Shown: in pieces, positions 60,049 through 64,000 of the stretch
Layout of the letters: the number at the start of each line of letters is the position of its first letter
Numbering within the stretch: the first letter of the stretch is position 1
Assembly: GCA_018052455.1 (NCBI GenBank)
Contig: JAGPNE010000001.1
Span: forward strand, 295,261-359,260
DNA: 64,000 nucleotides
Direction of reading: 5' to 3'
From: Candidatus Fermentithermobacillaceae bacterium
Lineage (GTDB): Bacteria > Bacillota > Sulfobacillia > Fermentithermobacillales > Fermentithermobacillaceae
Notes under the pieces: generated by a model
Database searches by the model: none
What the model saw: only the letters and a program-made list of their open reading frames with translations
What the model was told of the DNA's origin: nothing
Translations under genes and position numbers: made by a program

Positions 60049-61398
60049 TCACTGCAAACGACGTACTCCGTCTTCAATTTCGCACACGATAAAGTCAGCC
60101 TCAAGCCCTGTTTTCGCGAAATACTCCTCGCCGACTATCGCCTCAAACGCGTCGCAACAATCGCTCCTAACCAGGGCTATGGCACACCCACCAAACCCTG
60201 CCCCGGTCATCCTTGCACCAAGGCAACACTCTTGCGAAAGCGCTGCTTCCACAATTGAATCCAGTTCAAATCCAGTTACCTCATAATCATCCCTTAAAGA
60301 AATGTGAGACTCGGTCATCAAACGCCCAAACCCCGCAACATCCCCAGTAGACAGCAGCTGTTCAGCTAGAAGAGTACGTAGGTTCTCAGTTACAACATGA
60401 CGAGCTCTCCTGCCTAGCACTGGTTCTCCCATTTTCGAATAATTGGCAAGACCATGCTTCAACCGAGGACTACGCAGACCAAATGTTCTCTCAACTTGCT
60501 CTATTTCAGCCTGAGCGAGATTCTCTATATGTGCATAGCCTGGATGGCTTCGAATAACGGCAAGTGCCTCCTCGCACTCAGCTCGTCTTTGATTGTACCT
60601 CGACTCGCCAAGGCTCCGCCTCTTCCCAGTGTTCATAATCACCAGGCGGTAATCGCAAAGCCTCACAGGGACGTAACGGTAGTCTAGAGCCGAACAGTCC
60701 AGGAGCATGGCATGGTTCTTCTTTCCCATTGCAACCGCAAATTGGTCCATAATGCCACACTGAACCTGCACAAAATCGTTCTCCGCCCTCTGACACAATT
60801 GCGCCAGCCAGATCCTATCAACACTAGAGAGATTACCCCCCAAGACAGGGTGCAGCATGAAATAGGCTGTAAGAACCTCTATTGCCGCCGATGACGAAAG
60901 GCCTGCCCCAACCGGAAGATTGCCCCAATAAAGAACCTGGCAACCCTTGAAGTCGCAATCAATGTCAATATGACCAGTTTGCTCCTGTCTCAGTTGCCGA
61001 ATTACACCGACAGGGTAGTTGGCCCAACCCCTGCTTGCCTCATACCTGACATGCTCGGACAGATCCACAGATGTCTTACCCCACTCATTGATCGAAGCAA
61101 GATGAATAACCTCCGCTTTCCCCAAGGATCTACCGGAGCTGCCACTGCCAGTTCTTCCGAAAACCGTCTCTGAATACCTCACTGCCGCAAATATGCCTAT
61201 GGAAAGCGCTACAGGCAGCACGTACCCCCCGTTGTAGTCTACATGGTCACCAATTAGGTTAACGCGCCCAGGCGCGAAGAAAACATGAATTTCACCTGGA
61301 GATTCACCGTATACCTCAAGGAACTTTCCCTTGAGCCTCTCTACATCAATGTGTTCCGTAAAACCAGCATTCATGTCCATAGTTGTTCCCTTAGCCAC
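60049..61398 (-). CDS. galK: galactokinase (GHMP kinase family)
   Basis: GRVNLIGDHVDY galactokinase signature and PVGAGLSSSAA GHMP motif; no galT or galE adjacent. Confidence 0.8.
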   Translation of the reverse strand: MAKGTTMDMNAGFTEHIDVERLKGKFLEVYGESPGEIHVFFAPGRVNLIGDHVDYNGGYVLPVALSIGIFAAVRYSETVFGRTGSGSSGRSLGKAEVIHLASINEWGKTSVDLSEHVRYEASRGWANYPVGVIRQLRQEQTGHIDIDCDFKGCQVLYWGNLPVGAGLSSSAAIEVLTAYFMLHPVLGGNLSSVDRIWLAQLCQRAENDFVQVQCGIMDQFAVAMGKKNHAMLLDCSALDYRYVPVRLCDYRLVIMNTGKRRSLGESRYNQRRAECEEALAVIRSHPGYAHIENLAQAEIEQVERTFGLRSPRLKHGLANYSKMGEPVLGRRARHVVTENLRTLLAEQLLSTGDVAGFGRLMTESHISLRDDYEVTGFELDSIVEAALSQECCLGARMTGAGFGGCAIALVRSDCCDAFEAIVGEEYFAKTGLEADFIVCEIEDGVRRLQ

Positions 61399-61433
61399 CA
61401 GTTATAGATGCTAGTAACCGTTACAATTCTCTC

Positions 61434-61943
61434 CTATGCTTCATGGTCTCCGTCAATCTTCCGGTATCCCCGGAATACCCGTTCCACTGGAGTCCATCCT
61501 GCGTACTTCGGTTTTGTCCACTTTTCAGCGCCAGGAGTTAGATTCTGAATATCCAGGTAGTGATCAATTCTAACTCTGTCCCAAGAATGTATGACATTTC
61601 CGTCACCCAAAGACAATCCAACGTGCCCCCAGTTCTTGTATCTGCCGTTTAGAGGGCCAAAGCAGTCGTAAAACACGAACGCACCGCGTGGAGGAAAACC
61701 TTGAGTCGTCATAACTCCGTATTCGTCAGCCGACTCCTTTGCCGAATCACCTCCGAATATCTCTACTTTGTTGCTTATCTCATAGGCATCCTCGACAAAT
61801 GCAAGGCACCTGAACGGCCATGCCTTAGAGCCTAGCTGACTCTTGGCCCATCTAATCGCATTATCGATATACGCAGTGAGTTCATCATCCCTGTCTTTGC
61901 TGTTTGCCACACTAGACCTCCTAATTCTCTCCCTACCTCTCAA
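61434..61943 (-). CDS. NlpC/P60-like papain-fold hydrolase without signal peptide
   Basis: Cys in FRCLAFV and His in WGHVGLSLGDGNVIHSW match the NlpC/P60 spacing; no secretion signal. Confidence 0.5.
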   Translation of the reverse strand: MRGRERIRRSSVANSKDRDDELTAYIDNAIRWAKSQLGSKAWPFRCLAFVEDAYEISNKVEIFGGDSAKESADEYGVMTTQGFPPRGAFVFYDCFGPLNGRYKNWGHVGLSLGDGNVIHSWDRVRIDHYLDIQNLTPGAEKWTKPKYAGWTPVERVFRGYRKIDGDHEA

Positions 61944-62170
61944 GGTCTCCGCTTAGCCATTTCTGCGAATCCGAACACCCCATTTCGTCTACCCCATTAT
62001 CCTTTCTTCCACACATTCTGACCTATAACCTTCAAAGGCATTCAGATACATCAACCGATTGCCCCAAAGGAGACGCAACTGATGGGCGTAGGCTGTTGGC
62101 ATTTGACAGGGCACTTCATCACCAATATTATTAGTGAAAACGTTGTACAAATCAGAAGGGGTGTTTTGAG

Positions 62171-63856
62171 ATGACCCGATATCTAGTAACAAGCGCACTA
62201 CCTTACATAAACGGCATGAAACATCTTGGCAACCTGGTCGGATCTATGCTCCCCGCTGATGTGTATTCCAGATTCCTGCGACTCGAGGGTGAAGACGTGC
62301 TTTACATATGTGCAACTGACGAGCACGGAACCCCAGCCGAAATAGCTGCACTAGAAGAAGGTCTGGATGTTCAAACCTATTGCGATATTCAACATCAGCG
62401 TCAAAAGGATGTTTACATGCGTTTCGGGTTATCTTTTGACTATTTTGGTCGCAGTTCCTCACCTCAGAACCATGAACTGACGCAGCATTTTTTCAAACTG
62501 CTAGACAAGAATGGTTTTATTGAGGAAAGAGAAATAGAACAGATATATTGCTTCGATGATGAAAGGTACCTTCCTGACAGATATGTCATAGGGACATGCC
62601 CTCATTGTGGATACGATAAGGCTCGCGGAGACCAGTGCGAGAACTGCGCTACCCTTCTTGACCCTTCAGATCTTCTGAATCCCAAATCAGCCGTATCAGG
62701 AAGCGAGAACCTTGAGCTACGGAAATCGCGACACCTATTCCTAAGACTTGATGCCCTAAGCCAAGAAGTGGAGCAATGGGTTGCTTCCCATCAAGACTGG
62801 CCTCGACTCACTCAGTCTATCGCTCGGAAATGGCTCAACGAGGGCCTTCAGCCTAGATGCATCACAAGAGATCTTTCATGGGGAGTTTCTGTACCCAAGG
62901 AAGGTTTTGAAGACAAGGTATTCTATGTATGGTTTGATGCGCCTATCGAATACGTAGGCGCTACAAAGGAATGGTCAGATGCATGCCCTCGTTGCCGCGA
63001 TTGGAGATCTTGGTGGTATAATGCAAACGATGTATACTATGCCCAGTTTATGGCAAAAGACAACCTTCCATTCCATACTATTGTTTGGCCCGCAACAGTC
63101 TTGGGAACAAGAGAGCCCTGGACCATGGCCTCCTACATAAAAGGGTTCAATTGGCTTACATACTACGGAGGTAAGTTCTCTACAAGCCAGAATCGGGGAG
63201 TCTTCATGGACCAAGCTCTTGAAATCTTGCCTCCAGATTACTGGCGTTATTTTCTAATGACTGTAGCTCCTGAGTCCGACGATTCAGATTTCACTTGGGA
63301 ACTGCTCTCTGCAGTGGTAAACAAGGACTTAGCCGGCACCCTGGGAAACTTCGTGAACCGAACTTTGAAACTTGCGGTGTCTCAGTTCGGGAACACAGTT
63401 CCTCAAGGTGGTACGTGGGGACCTCACGAAGATGATCTCCTGGAAAAGTGCAGAGATAGCATTTCAGAATACAAAAATGCCTTGCGAAACTTCGAGTTCA
63501 GGAAGGCAATGATAGCCCTGAAACAGTTGTGGACTCACGGAAATGTTTATATAGATGCTCGGGCTCCCTGGAGTCTTGTCAGAACAAATCGAGATGAAGC
63601 AGCACTGGTTCTTAGAACCTGCATCAACCTGGTCCGGACATATGCTCTAGCTTCATCGCCTGTCATTCCATTTACATCAGAGACTCTGTTCGATGCGTTG
63701 AAAATGAATGCCGAAGAGAGGAAAGCAAGCCTCAACGATGCCCTTGACCTCGCCGCCTTGAATCCCGGTAGAGCATTTGAGGTCCCTCCCATCCTGTTTA
63801 GAAAACTGGAACCGGATGAGATCCAAAAGCTCCAGGAAAAATATAGCGGAATGTAG
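62171..63856 (+). CDS. metG: methionine--tRNA ligase
   Basis: HLGN (HIGH-type), KFSTS (KMSKS-type), zinc knuckle CPHCG...CENC. Confidence 0.9.
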   Translation: MTRYLVTSALPYINGMKHLGNLVGSMLPADVYSRFLRLEGEDVLYICATDEHGTPAEIAALEEGLDVQTYCDIQHQRQKDVYMRFGLSFDYFGRSSSPQNHELTQHFFKLLDKNGFIEEREIEQIYCFDDERYLPDRYVIGTCPHCGYDKARGDQCENCATLLDPSDLLNPKSAVSGSENLELRKSRHLFLRLDALSQEVEQWVASHQDWPRLTQSIARKWLNEGLQPRCITRDLSWGVSVPKEGFEDKVFYVWFDAPIEYVGATKEWSDACPRCRDWRSWWYNANDVYYAQFMAKDNLPFHTIVWPATVLGTREPWTMASYIKGFNWLTYYGGKFSTSQNRGVFMDQALEILPPDYWRYFLMTVAPESDDSDFTWELLSAVVNKDLAGTLGNFVNRTLKLAVSQFGNTVPQGGTWGPHEDDLLEKCRDSISEYKNALRNFEFRKAMIALKQLWTHGNVYIDARAPWSLVRTNRDEAALVLRTCINLVRTYALASSPVIPFTSETLFDALKMNAEERKASLNDALDLAALNPGRAFEVPPILFRKLEPDEIQKLQEKYSGM

Positions 63857-64000
63857 ACTAGATTCGGAAGGCATAATGGACCTATACGGCGAACAACTAG
63901 AACCTAGAGAAGACTTAGTGGTGATTTTCTGGTTTTTTGATGAGTTTTCCGCCAAAGAGTTGAACATTATGTAACTACATACGATAATTTATGTAATAGA

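Noticed and set aside
61944-62170. Possible T-box leader upstream of metG
   Set aside because: Searched for the T-box core (AGGGTGGNACCGCG-like) and specifier or antiterminator features. None found.
1-64000. CRISPR arrays, IS elements or integrases
   Set aside because: No regularly spaced direct repeats, and no transposase, integrase or recombinase ORFs. The only repeats are the short dispersed 13-mer copies and terminator hairpins.

Overview
This 64-kb window is a chromosomal segment with the Firmicutes-type 'ylo' housekeeping gene order, GC about 50%, no CRISPR and no obvious mobile-element genes. The conserved run reads (mostly minus strand): coaD, recG, yloV (DAK2), yloU (Asp23), rpmB, rpe, rsgA, prkC, prpC, rlmN, rsmB, a YugP-type zinc peptidase, an in-frame def-fmt fusion, priA, coaBC, rpoZ, gmk and an mIHF-like gene. 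After that comes a more accessory stretch. It contains an MFS transporter, a GH18 hydrolase, several M20/S9/S15/S66 peptidases and an FMN riboswitch in front of a RibU-type ECF S-component. It also has a TPL/tryptophanase-family lyase, an NMO/FabK-type oxidoreductase, gcvPA/gcvPB, dapF and split ftcD genes. The iron module is dtxR-like, an iron box, feoB, feoA, a DUF134 protein and mrp. Further on are an aroM / DUF1177-like / ldcA operon, ylbF, a membrane thioredoxin with ccdA, tRNA-Pro(CGG), galK, an NlpC/P60-like protein and metG. There are several perfect-stem bidirectional terminators. The observations most worth a second look are: (1) a short dispersed repeat with core AGGGTCGGTTCTC, found at least four times in both orientations at gene ends and promoters, where one copy supplies the last ~10 codons of feoA; (2) a genuine in-frame Def-Fmt fusion with an acidic linker; (3) a PriA whose Walker A and DEXH motifs are degenerate; (4) an uncharacterised ldcA-like / DUF1177-like / aroM operon; (5) a doubly membrane-anchored C39-like peptidase paired with an SPFH protein; (6) a DtxR-box-controlled feoB-feoA-DUF134(Zn-ribbon)-mrp cluster.
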